64,000 nucleotides of DNA. Source: Eledone cirrhosa. Taxonomy: Eukaryota. This document shows, one piece after another, positions 52,222-64,000 of this stretch. A program made the translations under genes and the position numbers. The notes below the pieces were generated by a model that made no database searches, was not told where the DNA came from, and worked only from the letters and a program-made list of their open reading frames with translations. The stretch lies in the NCBI GenBank assembly GCA_964016885.1, contig OZ024763.1:4774001-4838000 (forward strand). Reading direction: 5' to 3'. How positions within the stretch are numbered: position 1 is the first letter of the stretch; every line of letters begins with the position of its first letter.

Positions 52222-53127
52222 GACTGTCTGGCGGGTTTTCTACAGCTGGATGCCCTTCCTAACACCAACCACGTTTACAGTGTGGGGCTGGGAGGTTTTT
52301 ACCGTGTTGCCTACACGGCCACATTACAGCGTGGACTGTCTGGCGGGTTTTCTACAGTTGGATGCCCTTCCTAACACCAACCACATTTACAGTGTGGGGC
52401 TGGGAGGTTTTTACCGTGTTGCCTACACGGCCACATTTACAGCGTGGACTGTCTGGCGGGTTTTCTACAGCTGGATGCCCTTCCTAACACCAACCACGTT
52501 TACAGTGTGGGGCTGGGAGGTTTTTACCGTGTTGCCTACACGGCCACATTACAGCGTGGACTGTCTGGCGGGTTTTCTACAGCTGGATGCCCTTCCTAAC
52601 ACCAACCACATTTACAGTGTGGGGCTGGGAGGTTTTTACCGTGTTGCCTACACGGCCACATTACAGTGTGGACTGTCTGGCGGGTTTTCTACAGTTGGAT
52701 GCCCTTCCTAACACCAACCACATTTACAGTGTGGGGCTGGGAGGTTTTTACCGTGTTGCCTACACGGCCACATTTACAGCGTGGACTGTCTGGCGGGTTT
52801 TCTACAGCTGGATGCCCTTCCTAACACCAACCACATTTACAGTGTGGGGCTGGGAGGTTTTTACCGTGTTGCCTACACGGCCACATTTACAGCGTGGACT
52901 GTCTGGCGGGTTTTCTACAGCTGGATGCCCTTCCTAACACCAACCACATTTACAGTGTGGGGCTGGGAGGTTTTTACCGTGTTGCCTACACGGCCACATT
53001 TACAGCGTGGACTGTCTGGCGGGTTTTCTACAGCTGGATGCCCTTCCTAACACCAACCACATTTACAGTGTGGGGCTGGGAGGTTTTTACCGTGTTGCCT
53101 ACACGGCCACATTTACAGCGTGGACTG
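52222..53127. repeat. 112-113-bp tandem amplification (~8 copies) of the internal part of family C repeat
   Basis: GACTGTCTGGCGGGTTTTCTACAGCTGGATGCCC recurring; single-unit version at 44968-45265. Confidence 0.93.
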
Positions 53128-53430
53128 TGTGTTTTTTTGTCGTGACACCTACACGATCTCATTTGTTTCGGCCTGGATGTTGTGGGACCAACATAACTTT
53201 ACATTGAAAGGGGCGGTGTGGGTGGGGTGGAGGTGGTGGGACGGGGGTGTGTTTTGATAGAGATGCCTACTGACTGTAGTAGGTTTTTACTTTGTATTCA
53301 TTAATTCAAAATATTTATAGTATCTTTACTAGAGAACAGATTTTTGTGAACATTTGCACCAAACACCAGCACAAACACACACAAGAAGGGTCCCTAAAAT
53401 CACCACTCACCTCCAAGCAAACCAAATTAC

Positions 53431-53996
53431 CTGTAGTATATTTCCATTTAGTGCGCCGACTTTTCCTCTGCTCCAGTCTTCCAGCTGTAGAGGTCCACCA
53501 ACAACACCATCACCAGATGGCAGCAGTGGTAGTGGTGGGCCAGGGTTGGTATTGCCCTCATCTGCTCTCCGTTGAGGTTCTGGCAACAAAGATCTTTCTA
53601 GGTTTGAACCAGAAACGGTTGTATCCATTTCAAATGCCTTCTCAAACTCTCTGAAGATTTCTTCGCGATCCAGTGCACAGATGTTAGCAGAAATGGATGC
53701 ATTCTGGTGTGCAGAGCCAACATGGTGCACAATGTTGTTGGGTTGTATAATCTGTGCAGTGGTGTTGTGGTGCACAATATTGTTGACTGCAGTGTTGTCG
53801 TGATGCACAGTGTGTGCAGTGTTATGGTGCATAATGGTAGGGCACGCTGTGTTCTGTGCAGTGTCCTGATGTAGAGCAGTGTGATGTGCAGTGGTCTGTT
53901 GCACAGTAGCAGCTACCGATGGGTTGACTGCTAACATTGGTGTTGCACTTGATTCTGCAGGTTTTGACAAACTTATCCTATCTGACGAAGAATTAT
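53431..53996 (-). CDS. PMS1: PMS1 large linker exon
   Basis: Open 566 nt, TAG acceptor, phases 1/0, ends with conserved LEDWSRG. Confidence 0.85.
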
Positions 53997-54042
53997 CTAC
54001 AATGAATGAGAAAAGGACAGAAAATATATGGTAGCTAAACCG

Positions 54043-54800
54043 CTTCAAACCCCTTCATAATGGCTTGAAGGACAATGATAAACAGAAATGAGCTGAGGAC
54101 AGCACCCTCCACTTCAAACCCCTTCATAATGGCTTGAAGGACAATGATAAACAGAAGTGGGCTGAGGACAACACCCTCCACTTCAAACCCCTTCATAATG
54201 GCTTGAAGGACAATGATAAACAGAAGTGGGCTGAGGACAGCACCCTCCACTTCAAACCCGATCATAATGGCTTGAAGGACAATGATAAACAGAAGTGGGC
54301 TGAGGACAGCACCCTCCACTTCAAACCCCTTCATAATGGCTTGAAGGACAATGATAAACAGAAATGAGCTGAGGACAGCACCCTCCACTTCAAACCCGAT
54401 CATAATGGCTTGAAGGACAATGATAAACAGAAGTGGGCTGAGGACAGCACCCTCCACTTCAAACCCAATCATAATGGCTTGAAGGACAATGATAAACAGA
54501 AGTGGGCTGAGGACAGCACCCTCCACTTCAAACCCGATCATAATGGCTTGAAGGACAATGATAAACAGAAGTGGGCTGAGGACAGCACCCTCCACTTCAA
54601 ACCCCTTCATAATGGCTTGAAGGACAATGATAAACAAAAGTGGGCTGAGGACAGCACCCTCCACTTCAAACCCGATCATAATGGCTTGAAGGACAATGAT
54701 AAACAGAAGTGGGCTGAGGACAGCACCCTCCACTTCAAACCCGATCATAATGGCTTGAAGGACAATGATAAACAGAAGTGGGCTGAGGACAGCACCCTCC
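54043..54800 (-). repeat. 69-bp tandem repeat (11 copies) derived from an RT motif
   Basis: Unit encodes GAVLSPLLFIIVLQAI; compare QGSVLSPLLFIIALQAI in the RTE at 62360. Confidence 0.93.
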
Positions 54801-55024
54801 ACGACAGCTTGAAGGGGGCTAAGGACTGAGTGAGCCCCTCTTCAAACTCTTCCGTAATGGCTTGGACAATTGTATTTCAAATTCCTCACTGTACTTACTG
54901 CTAACTCATACCTTGCTGGTTGTAGCTCTCAGCATAGATGCAATGGCTCTCATCAGCTATTTATTTAGATAATGAGCCAAGGTTTTCAGATAAATCTAAA
55001 AACCTTCCATCATACTGTATCTAA

Positions 55025-55345
55025 GAACCTTTGTAAAGTTATGTTCCAAACACCAACTTAATGAGAAAGTTATATTACTAAATATCTCCAAATTATATAA
55101 AATCTTCCACAATTTTATGTAAAAACCTTTGTTAAGTTATGTTCCAAACACCAACTTAATGAGAAAGTTATATTACTAAATATCTCCAAATTATATAAAA
55201 TCTTCCACAATTTTATGTAAAAACTTTTGTAAAGTTATGTTCCAAACACCAACTTAATGAGAAAGTTATATTACTAAATATCTTCAAATTATATAAAATC
55301 TTCCACAATTTTATGTAAAAACCTTTGTTAAGTTATGTTCCAAAC
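55025..55345. repeat. ~98-bp tandem repeat (3 copies) from a MITE segment
   Basis: GTTATGTTCCAAACACCAACTTAATGAGAAAG recurring. Confidence 0.85.
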
Positions 55346-55469
55346 ACCAACTTAATAATGAGAAAGATATTTATATTACTAAATCTCTCTAAATTCTTGA
55401 TTATTTTCAAAATTATTTGAAAACCAGAGACAGTGTCTTTCATTAGAAATAAGGTAACAAAGGGGTTAA

Positions 55470-55687
55470 CCCTTTAGCATTTAAACCAGCCATATCCGGC
55501 CAGAATTCTCTCACCTTTTTCTGTTCAAACTGGCCATAACCAACTGCTCATACTTATGTTAAGGTATTGTTCTCAAAATTTATATCAAAATCTCATAGAT
55601 TCGATATTATGTGAGATAATTATTTGAAATAAAGTGTTTCCCGTGAAAATACAATAATAAATATAGAGTAATGTGAATGCTAAAGGG
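55470..55687 (+). mobile_element. Intact 218-bp piggyBac-type MITE
   Basis: TTAA-CCCTTTAGCATT / AATGCTAAAGGG-TTAA. Confidence 0.85.
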
Positions 55688-55795
55688 TTAAAGTGTTTAT
55701 ATTTATCTAAAAACCTGCCATCATTCACTCTATGTAAGAACCTTTGTTAAGTTATGTTCCAAACTCTGTGGCTTAGTCAAACAGAGACTACTTAC

Positions 55796-56063
55796 ATCTT
55801 TCAGTTGTAGTAGGTAATAGATTACCACTTGGTGTCACCACTGAAGGTGTCTTGGTTTGTGGGTGTGGTATGATACCCAGAGAATGTGGTTCAATTCCAT
55901 ATGTTGCTGTCTTCTCAGTAGAACAATGGGTCACCTTGTTTTCTGTGCGAGGTTTTGTTTTGGTAGACATATGATTAGGGCCCTCTTTCATCTGGTAATT
56001 TCCAGAACCCAAAACTCCATACAGTTGTTCCAGCAGTGAAGTTAGAATATCCAAAAGTTTATC
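55796..56063 (-). CDS. PMS1: PMS1 exon
   Basis: DKLLDILTSLLEQLYG (PMS1 ESVLIALENLMTTCYG); GTAAGT donor; phases 0/1. Confidence 0.88.
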
Positions 56064-56277
56064 CTTGGTGGAAAGAGAAACCAAAAGAAAATATATTTTA
56101 TACAAAAAATTGTGAAATATCATCATCATCATCATCATCGTTTAATGCAGGCATGTCAAACTGAGGGTCTTCCGAGGGCCACATGGGTAACGTGTTGCCT
56201 GAGGGCTACACACAACTAATTGCGCACATTACAACTAATTTTACGAAGATAAAACATGCTCGCGCTATAAAAACCTC

Positions 56278-56848
56278 TGCCCAGTTCTTCCTTGGCCTCC
56301 TTATAATGTAGCACCTTTTAGGTCAGCTCTCCTAATCTGAGCCCAGGTCTTCCTTGTCCTCCCTATAATGTAGCACCTTTTAGGTCAGCTCTCCTAATCT
56401 GAGCCCAGGTCTTCCTTGTCCTCCCTATAATGTAGCACCTTTTAGGTCAGCTCTCCTAATCTGAGCCCAGGTCTTCCCTGTCCTCCCTATAATGTAGCAC
56501 CTTTTAGGTCAGCTCTCCTAATCTGAGCCCAGTTCTTCCTTGGCCTCCTTATAATGTAGCACCTTTTAGGTCAGCTCTCCTAATCTGAGCCCAGGTCTTC
56601 CCTATAATGTAGCACCTTTTAGGTCAGCTCTCCTAATCTGAGCCCAGGTCTTCCCTATAATGTAGCACCTTTTAGGTCAGCTCTCCTAATCTGAGCCCAG
56701 TTCTTCCTTGGCCTCCCTATAATGTAGCACCTTTTAGGTCAGCTCTCCTAATCTCAGCCCAGGTCTTCCTTGGCCTCCCTATAATGTAGCACCTTTTAGG
56801 TCAGCTCTCCTAATCTCAGCCCAGGTCTTCCTCTAATGTAGCACCTTT
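56278..56848. repeat. 52-63-bp minisatellite, ~10 copies
   Basis: TATAATGTAGCACCTTTTAGGTCAGCTCTCCTAATCTGAGCCCAGG. Confidence 0.93.
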
Positions 56849-57120
56849 CCACTGGGGTTTCTTGGCAACAATTCTCACCCATACGTATTACATGTCCATA
56901 CCAGTGCAGTCCCCTTTCTTGCACACAGTATCTGATTCTTCATATACTCAGGTATTCTCTTAATCCATCCATACACATTAGCACTAACATTGCACATCCA
57001 TTAGACCACGCTCACTTCAGTTCTCTTCCTCTTCCACAAATCTTCTGCATACTAACACTGCCCATGTCTCACCTGTAATTTACCTTAAAAACTTCTCCAT
57101 CAACAAAACTAAATTCCTAC

Positions 57121-57261
57121 CTCATTATGTAAGAGTACCCTGGCCTTGTTGGGTTCCAAATTGACATCCACCTCACTGTTGCCCACAGTAATGATACCCA
57201 CAAATAAGGGATGCCTATTCTTGTCTCCGTCTAACATATTACAGTAATACTGATGCACAAC
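57121..57261 (-). CDS. PMS1: PMS1 exon (MutL transducer domain)
   Basis: RHPLFVGIITVGNSEVDVNLEPNKARVLL (VDVNxxPxK motif). Confidence 0.95.
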
Positions 57262-57478
57262 CTGCACAAAGAGAACAGAATAAAAAGGGACGTTTTAAAA
57301 AAACAGTTTCAACATTTATATTTTTACAGGTTTCAGTCATTTGACTGCAGCCATGCTGCGGCACAAGCTAAAATATACAAGGGTCTGCTGAGAAGTTCAT
57401 AGGCTGACCAAATGAGGTTTATTTTTCAACTTAGTCTCTGGAAAGAAACAATGCAGTTATTAATAAGAGTTGAAATTA

Positions 57479-57635
57479 CCTTATTTCCCGGCGCCAAAGA
57501 CGCTTCATGCTCGAGGGTGCACCCTAATTTTGACAACCCCCCCAAAAAAAACAACTTTGGGCCTCTAGGACGCATGGTAGAATTTTGAGACTTATTTTAG
57601 GAAAAAAGTAGCATCTTCAACGCCGGGAAATATGG
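57479..57635. mobile_element. Tc1/pogo-type MITE nested in a mariner MITE (57378-57710)
   Basis: TA-CCTTATTTCCCGGCG ... CGCCGGGAAATATGG-TA; host is uninterrupted at this site in the other copies. Confidence 0.8.
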
Positions 57636-58625
57636 TAATTCGTGCAAGATTTCACAGCTCTAGCATTACTCCTTTATAGTTAGCCTATGAACTTTTCAGC
57701 TGACCCTCCAACATATATATATGGTCAGGTGGTCAGCAACTAAGGCTAAGTGAAATCCCAACAGCACAAAAACACAAGGGTTGTTAAAACAGCAGATAAC
57801 TCCAGCGTCAACGACTAACCTCCCCCTACTATGAGTTAAATAGCCTCACCAACCCACAATTGGTCAAGCTTGATTGATCAAAACTAGACAAAGTGGTAGA
57901 GGTCAACCAGGGAGGGGTTCCTCTAACAGGGGTGGGAAGGACCTGGGTTGGATGTATATAAATAAATAAAACTTGTACATGCTGTAAAGTGGTTGGTGAT
58001 AGCAAGGGCACCCAGCAGTAGAAAGCTTTGGGTCTCCTGCAGTGAGGGGTCCCACCAGAGATGGCTGTAGCAATTTATTTGTGCCCTCATCTGGACTTTT
58101 TAGTTTTAGGATGGTTAAAATTTTTGAATTTAATACCTGTATGTATAACTTTTGAATTCCAATTACTTGCGCCAAGGTAACTTTGATATATAAAGTTTGG
58201 GGGGCTGCTGTGTATTTTAATATTTTGTATATGAGGGGCCCCACCAAACCTGAAATGCCCCAGGCCCTCCAAGATCTAAATCTAACCCTGGGAAGACACT
58301 AGCCTCTCTTGTACACTTGATGGAACCATATGAAAGTGAGATCCCTTGGCCTGTCTCAGAGATCAGTAGCCCCAGTACTGACTTGCTCAATGTAGACTTG
58401 TCCAACCCTTGCTAGCAGGGGACAGTGGACCTTAAAGTGGTGGTGGTGGTGGTGGTGATGATGATGGTGATGATATGAGAGGATAAAAGGTCAAATTAGC
58501 AAGTCAGGATGTAAAGAAAAGGAATAAATTACTGCCAAGCATTTGTCTCTGATGCTCTACCAACTCAACATCCTTAGAAACCAATAAGAAGAAAAAATCG
58601 AAAAGAAGATTCAGTTGGACCTTAC

Positions 58626-58748
58626 CTTCTGTATGGCTTTATAGCTAACAGGTCGTTTGTTGACAAACACCAATCCTTGGTCGCCACCAGTTCTACTTAG
58701 GAAGTTTACATCTGACCCAGGCTGGGGTAGAAACATTTCTAAACTCAT
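58626..58748 (-). CDS. PMS1: PMS1 exon
   Basis: MSLEMFLPQP..GLVFVNKRPV (FINxRPV motif); phases 0/0. Confidence 0.95.
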
Positions 58749-59950
58749 CTAACAAAGAAAATAATTGAGAATTTGTAAGGTTTTTTTAAATATATAAACA
58801 CTTTAACCCTTTAACATTCACATTACTCTATATTTACAATTGTATTTTCACAGAAAAGGCTTTATCTCATAATTATTTCACACAATATCGAATCTATGAG
58901 ATTCTGATATTATTTATTTTGAGAATAATACCTCTACGTCAGTATGAGTGGGTGGTTACAACTGTATTGAACAGAAGGAGGGAGGGAATTCTGGCCAGAT
59001 ATGGCCAGTTTAAATGCTAAAGAGTTAGCCCTTTCATGAGCATATTTCTAATGAATGACACTGTCTATGGTTTTCAAATAATTCTGAAAATAATCAAGAA
59101 TTTAGAGAGATTCAGTAATATAAATAACTTTCTCATTATGAAGTTGATGTTTGGAACATAACTTAAAGGTTTTTACATAAAATTATGATGGAAAGTATTT
59201 AGATAAATATAAACACTTTAACCCTTTTGTTACCATATTTCTAATGAAAGACACTGTCTGTAATTTTAAAATAATTTTGAAAATAATCAAGAATTCGACG
59301 GTATTTAGTAATATAACAAACTTTCTCATTCTTAAGTTGGAATTTGGAACATAACTTAAGAAAGGTTCTTAAATACAAACATCAAACATCATTCAAAATT
59401 AAGATAATAATAATAATGTTTTCTGATTTAAGCACAAGGCCAACAATGTAGGGGAAGGGAAAAGTAAATTAAATCGACCCCAGTTCGTTACTGGTATTTT
59501 AATTTATCGACCCTGTAATCTCAGTGGGCAATGAACTAAGAATATAAAGTACCTTAACTATATGCTACAAAGCATGTTATCCAATAGTCTCCTGACATTG
59601 TCAATCCAACGCCCTATACCAAGTTAATGAGGAAGTCGTATTACAAAATCCTTAATTATTTTTAAAATTATCTGAAAATCCCAGGCATAACTTTCATTAG
59701 AAATATGGCAACAAGAGGTTTAACCTCTCCAGTGCCACAGTTGAGATAACTCGTCCTAACATGAACTCATTTCCAACAGTTCATAACTTCAAAGCTAGAT
59801 GGCGTTACTAGTTTATTGATGTGACGTTTGTCAATCAAAATAGTCATTTTACTGAAAAAAACACCCAGCACAGCAACTGTAGCTGTGTAAAATTTACGCA
59901 GCAGACAACAGGTTAAGCAAAATTATTGGGAACTTTTCTTTGTATTTTAC

Positions 59951-60231
59951 CTGGTTTTCATCATCCACCTTGACAATGTGTTTTAACTGTTGGACCAAAG
60001 ACCATCCCCAGATAACTATCAAGCCAGAACGGTATGAATCGACAGCCCCTTTCTCAGACAAGGTTTCCTTGTTGTGGCGCAGTGTGAAACGTATAGCAGG
60101 GTTGATAATACCAAAAGCTGTGATGAGGTTTTCCACTTTCTTCAACTCCTCTTTGCAACGTTTCTCATTCTTGCTGAACTGATGTCGAACAGGTAACTTT
60201 CTAAACAAACCAGTGGCAATAATTGTAGTAC
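59951..60231 (-). CDS. PMS1: PMS1 exon (GHKL ATPase domain)
   Basis: GTTIIATGLFRKLPVRHQF..KRCKEELKKVENLITAFGIINPAIRFTLRHNK. Confidence 0.97.
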
Positions 60232-60537
60232 CTGAAGAATAGAAAGAAAGAATATGGTGAATGTTAATTTTTTGTTAGTTTCCAGACGGCTTGTAGAGTG
60301 ACAGGGGAACTGTTGTGACACAACATTTCTTGTAGGGTGACAGGGTAACATACATCATTTATAGGTCATTTTGTTTAAACCTGGTAGAGCCCATTTCTTC
60401 TGAATATCACCAATTTCTTCCAGAGTAAAGAAAGAAGGTGATAGAGGAAGAATTGACCCTCATTACTGGACAAGAAGCTTTTTTTTTATTGACCTTGGAA
60501 GAGCCTATTACCAATTTGGTCAGGAGAGGGGGACATA

Positions 60538-61200
60538 CATTATACATCTGGCCTGGGCCTGTTTACCAGATGTGGAGGGCTATATTTTACATCTGGCCTG
60601 GGCCTATTATTATCTGAGTTTGAGGCCTATATACCAAATCTGGCCTGGACCTATTATCGCTTTAGGAGCCTATTATATATCTGGCCTGGTCCTATTATAC
60701 ATCTGGCCTGGTGATATTATATATCTGGCCTGAGCCTATTATACATCTGGCCTGAGCCTATTATACATCTGGCCCGGTCCTATTATATATCAGGCCTGAG
60801 CCTATTATACATCTGGCCCGGTCCTATTATATATCTGGCCTGGTCCTATTATACATCTGGCCTGGTGCTATTATATATCTGGCCTGGTCCTATTATACAT
60901 CTGGCCTGGTGCTATTATATATCTGGCCTGGTCCTATTATACATCTGGCCTGGTGCTATTATATATCTGGCCTGGTCCTATTATACATCTGGCCCGGTCC
61001 TATTATATATCAGGCCTGAGCCTATTATACATCTGGCCCGGTCCTATTATATATCAGGCCTGAGCCTATTATACATCTGGCCCGGTCCTATTATATATCA
61101 GGCCTGAGCCTATTATACATCTGGCCCGGTCCTATTATACATCTGGCCTGGTCCTATTATACATCTGGCCTGGTCCTATTATATATCTGGCCTGAGCCAA
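60538..61200. repeat. 22-bp minisatellite
   Basis: TATTATACATCTGGCCTGGTCC. Confidence 0.93.
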
Positions 61201-61269
61201 TTACCACCTTGTATGTGTCTAGTAACCTCTCCACCTTGTGTGTTTTCAACCGTCCTATAGTTTACTTAC

Positions 61270-61395
61270 CTTCATTTGATGAGGCTGGAGTCATTTTGAG
61301 CACATCACCTGATTTACTGAAGGTGACATTCTGAGCGAGACTGCTGGAAGAGGTTCGACTGGTGACTGTTAGGTCACTAACAGAACAGAGGGAGG
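61270..61395 (-). CDS. PMS1: PMS1 most 5' exon visible in the window
   Basis: ASLCSVSDLTVTSRT.. is the segment following GFRGEAL in MutL proteins; CAG/GTAAGT; phases 1/1. Confidence 0.93.
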
Positions 61396-61957
61396 CTGTT
61401 CACAGAAAAGAAGAGCAGTCTATTGTATTGACATATATAATATATACATAGATAGATACATATATATTTCAAGTATATATATATATATATACATTTATAA
61501 TGTTATATTTAGGGAGGTGATGTTGCTAGTATTGCCAATAAAAAGAAACACACACACACCAAATGATTTTCACTTTTTCACCTTATTTTTATTATTAGTT
61601 ATTGTTACTCCGATGAGGCACAAAAGAGAACAGATAGTCATCGAAGAGGTCACAGAATGTGTGACAAAAGAACTAACCAATAACTAGTAATAAAAATAAA
61701 ATGAAAATCATATGGTGTGCGTGTGTTTCTTTTTATTGGCAATAAACATGACCTCTCTAAATATAACATTATTAGTTTCAACATATTATTTCAAATCAAG
61801 AATCTCACAGAACAAATACCAAAAGATATGTACGTGGGTGAGGTGAAAAGTTCATAGGCTGACTATGAAGGAATGATGCTAGAGTTGTGAAATCTTGCAT
61901 GCATTAATTTCAACTCTTCTTATTAATAACTGCATTGTTTCTTTCCAAGGACTATGT

Positions 61958-63345
61958 TACAAGGGTAAAGGAGATGCTTGAGATAGGGGAAACTATAGAG
62001 GCATTAAGTTAGTTGACGGTCACAGAAAGAGTTATTGCACAACTAATCAGAGATCGAATTGATCTAGATGAAATGCAGTTTGGGTTTGTGTCAGGTAAAA
62101 GTACCACAGATGCTCTTTTCCTTGTACGACAACTACAGAAGTACCTAGCAAAAAGTAAACCCCTCTACTTAGCTTTTGTTGACTTGGAGAAAGTCTTTGA
62201 CAGAGTCCTCCCCGCTCCATTACCTGGTGGACCCTTAGAAAACTAGATGTAGATGAATGGCTTATGAGAGCTATACAACCCATGTATAAAGAAACAGTCA
62301 ACAAGGTTAGAATTAACAATGAATATAGTGAAGAATTTAGCGTAAAGGTTGGTGTGCATCAAGGTTCTGTCCTTAGCCCCCTCCTGTTTATTATTGCCCT
62401 TCAGGCTATAACAGAGGAGTTTAAGAACAGCTGCCCATGGGAACTTCTATACGCAGATGATCTAACGCTCATAGCTGAATCTATGGCTGAACTAGAGAAG
62501 AAATTCCAAACATGGAAGCTTGGCCTAGAATCAAAAGGCCTTAAAGTTAACTTGTCTAAGACTAAAGTTCTAGTATGTAGAAAAGAAAATAGGGCACAGG
62601 TACCCTCTGGGAAATGCCATGCTCAGTGTGTAGGAAAGGAGTAGGTAGAAATTCCATTCTATGTCCCAAATGCAAACTATGGGTACATAAAAGATGTAGT
62701 GGGATAACAGGCAAGCTATCTAAGAACGTAGATTTTATATGTGGCTGATGCTCAGGTGCTCCTTCTACTGCCCAGCTGGTTCTATAGAAATAGTGGACAC
62801 TTTCTGTTACCTGGGTGACAAAATCAGCAGTGGTGGAGGTGCTCTGAAAGTACAGTAGCCAGAGTTAGAACGGGATGGAAAAAGTTCAGAGAGCTTATAC
62901 TGCTGTTGGCCACAAAAGGTTTCTTTCTAAAAATGAAAGGCAGGCTGTATGATGCCTGTATACGAACCACAATGTTACATAGCAGTGAGACATGGGCATT
63001 GTGTGCAGAGGACCTGTGCAGACTGGAAAGGAACGAAGCATGCATACTCCGTTGGATGTATAATAGTATACACGAACGGTTAAACATAAACAAACTAAGT
63101 GAGAAATTAGGAATAAGAGGGATCAGATGTTGTTTACTCGAGAGAAGACTACGTTGGTATGGTCACGTGATGTGCATGAAAGATGACAGCTGTATAAAAA
63201 AGTGCAGGGCGATCAAAATTGATGGAAGCTACAGAGTAGGCAGACCCAGAAAAACCTGGGATGACTTGATAAATTCCGACCTTGCACACTCTCTAAGACA
63301 ATGTCACTGGATCGAGATCTTTGGCGCCACGCAGTAAGACAGAAG
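61958..63345 (+). mobile_element. 5'-truncated RTE-clade LINE (RT, PHD-like insert, C-terminus), degenerate
   Basis: MQFGFVSGKSTTDA..AFVDLEKVFDRV..HQGSVLSPLLF..LYADDL..RRLRWYGHV..GRPRKTW; frameshifts; (GAT)n-tailed 3' region to ~63725. Confidence 0.93.
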
Positions 63346-64000
63346 TCCCGCGTTTCCTACGTGCAAAGTTAACCTACAGTCAATAGGCCCCTCCAAACCC
63401 ACTACCCCTACTCCACCCTTCCACTCCCGCCAACACCACCCTTTGGTACAACATCCAGTCCAAACTAATGAGGTTGTGTAGGTGTCACAACAAAAAAGAG
63501 GAAAAAAGGAAAGAAAAAAGAAGGAAAAAAAAGGGAAGAGAGAAGAAAAGAAAAAAGTCCAAACTGTAATGTGGTTGTGTGGGTAACACGGTAAAAAGCT
63601 CCCAGTCCACACTGTAAATGAGGTTGGTGTTAGGAAGGGAATCCAGCTGTAGAAATCAAGCCAGAATCAGTTCCCGTCTCACCCTTGCAAGCAGGGAAAA
63701 GCGGACGTAAAATGATGATGATGATATATATGTAAATAAACAGAGTGTTCATTTTCCATGTTAGCAAGAGTTAAATGGGTTGTCACAGACCAGGTCAGTA
63801 CTGAAATGGAACTACTGACCTCTTATACGGGCCAGAGACAGTTTTGGTCATTTATGGTCCAGCAGTGTACGAAGTGCTGTAATGGAAAGACTTGTTCAAG
63901 CCATGCATGTATGGGAAAACAGACATAAAAAGGATGATGAGGGTTGTAATGATGGTGGTAGAGGCGGTAGTGATGATGATGACAATGATGGTGTTGATAG

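Noticed and set aside
35693-61395. Calling the gene PMS2 or MLH1
   Set aside because: The HMG box, WSRG motif and LLNPxRV segment match PMS1; no DQHA motif and no FERC C-terminus

Overview
Repeat-dense eukaryotic (animal) DNA. The long (TA)n/(TG)n/(GAT)n microsatellites, tRNA-derived SINEs and RTE/CR1/CRE LINE relics look like a coleoid cephalopod (octopus-type) genome; the taxon is an inference. The only host gene I can support is a minus-strand, 5'-incomplete PMS1 (MutL-family mismatch-repair protein with an HMG box). I traced 15 phase-consistent GT-AG exons between 61395 and 35693, about 908 codons; the first ~100 aa must lie beyond the window end. Most ORFs in the supplied track are microsatellite or minisatellite artefacts. 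Signals not explained by the gene: (1) at least seven minimal type I hammerhead-ribozyme motifs from several sequence families, mostly with palindromic helix III and several inside local fold-back inverted repeats (Penelope-like/retrozyme hallmarks, no PLE ORF seen); (2) a 2.3-kb palindrome with internal subrepeats carrying two convergent TATA + A-box/B-box Pol III-type cassettes; (3) a 468-bp inverted triplication; (4) several minisatellites born from pieces of MITEs or LINE coding motifs; (5) inverted MITE composites tightly bracketing three PMS1 exons.
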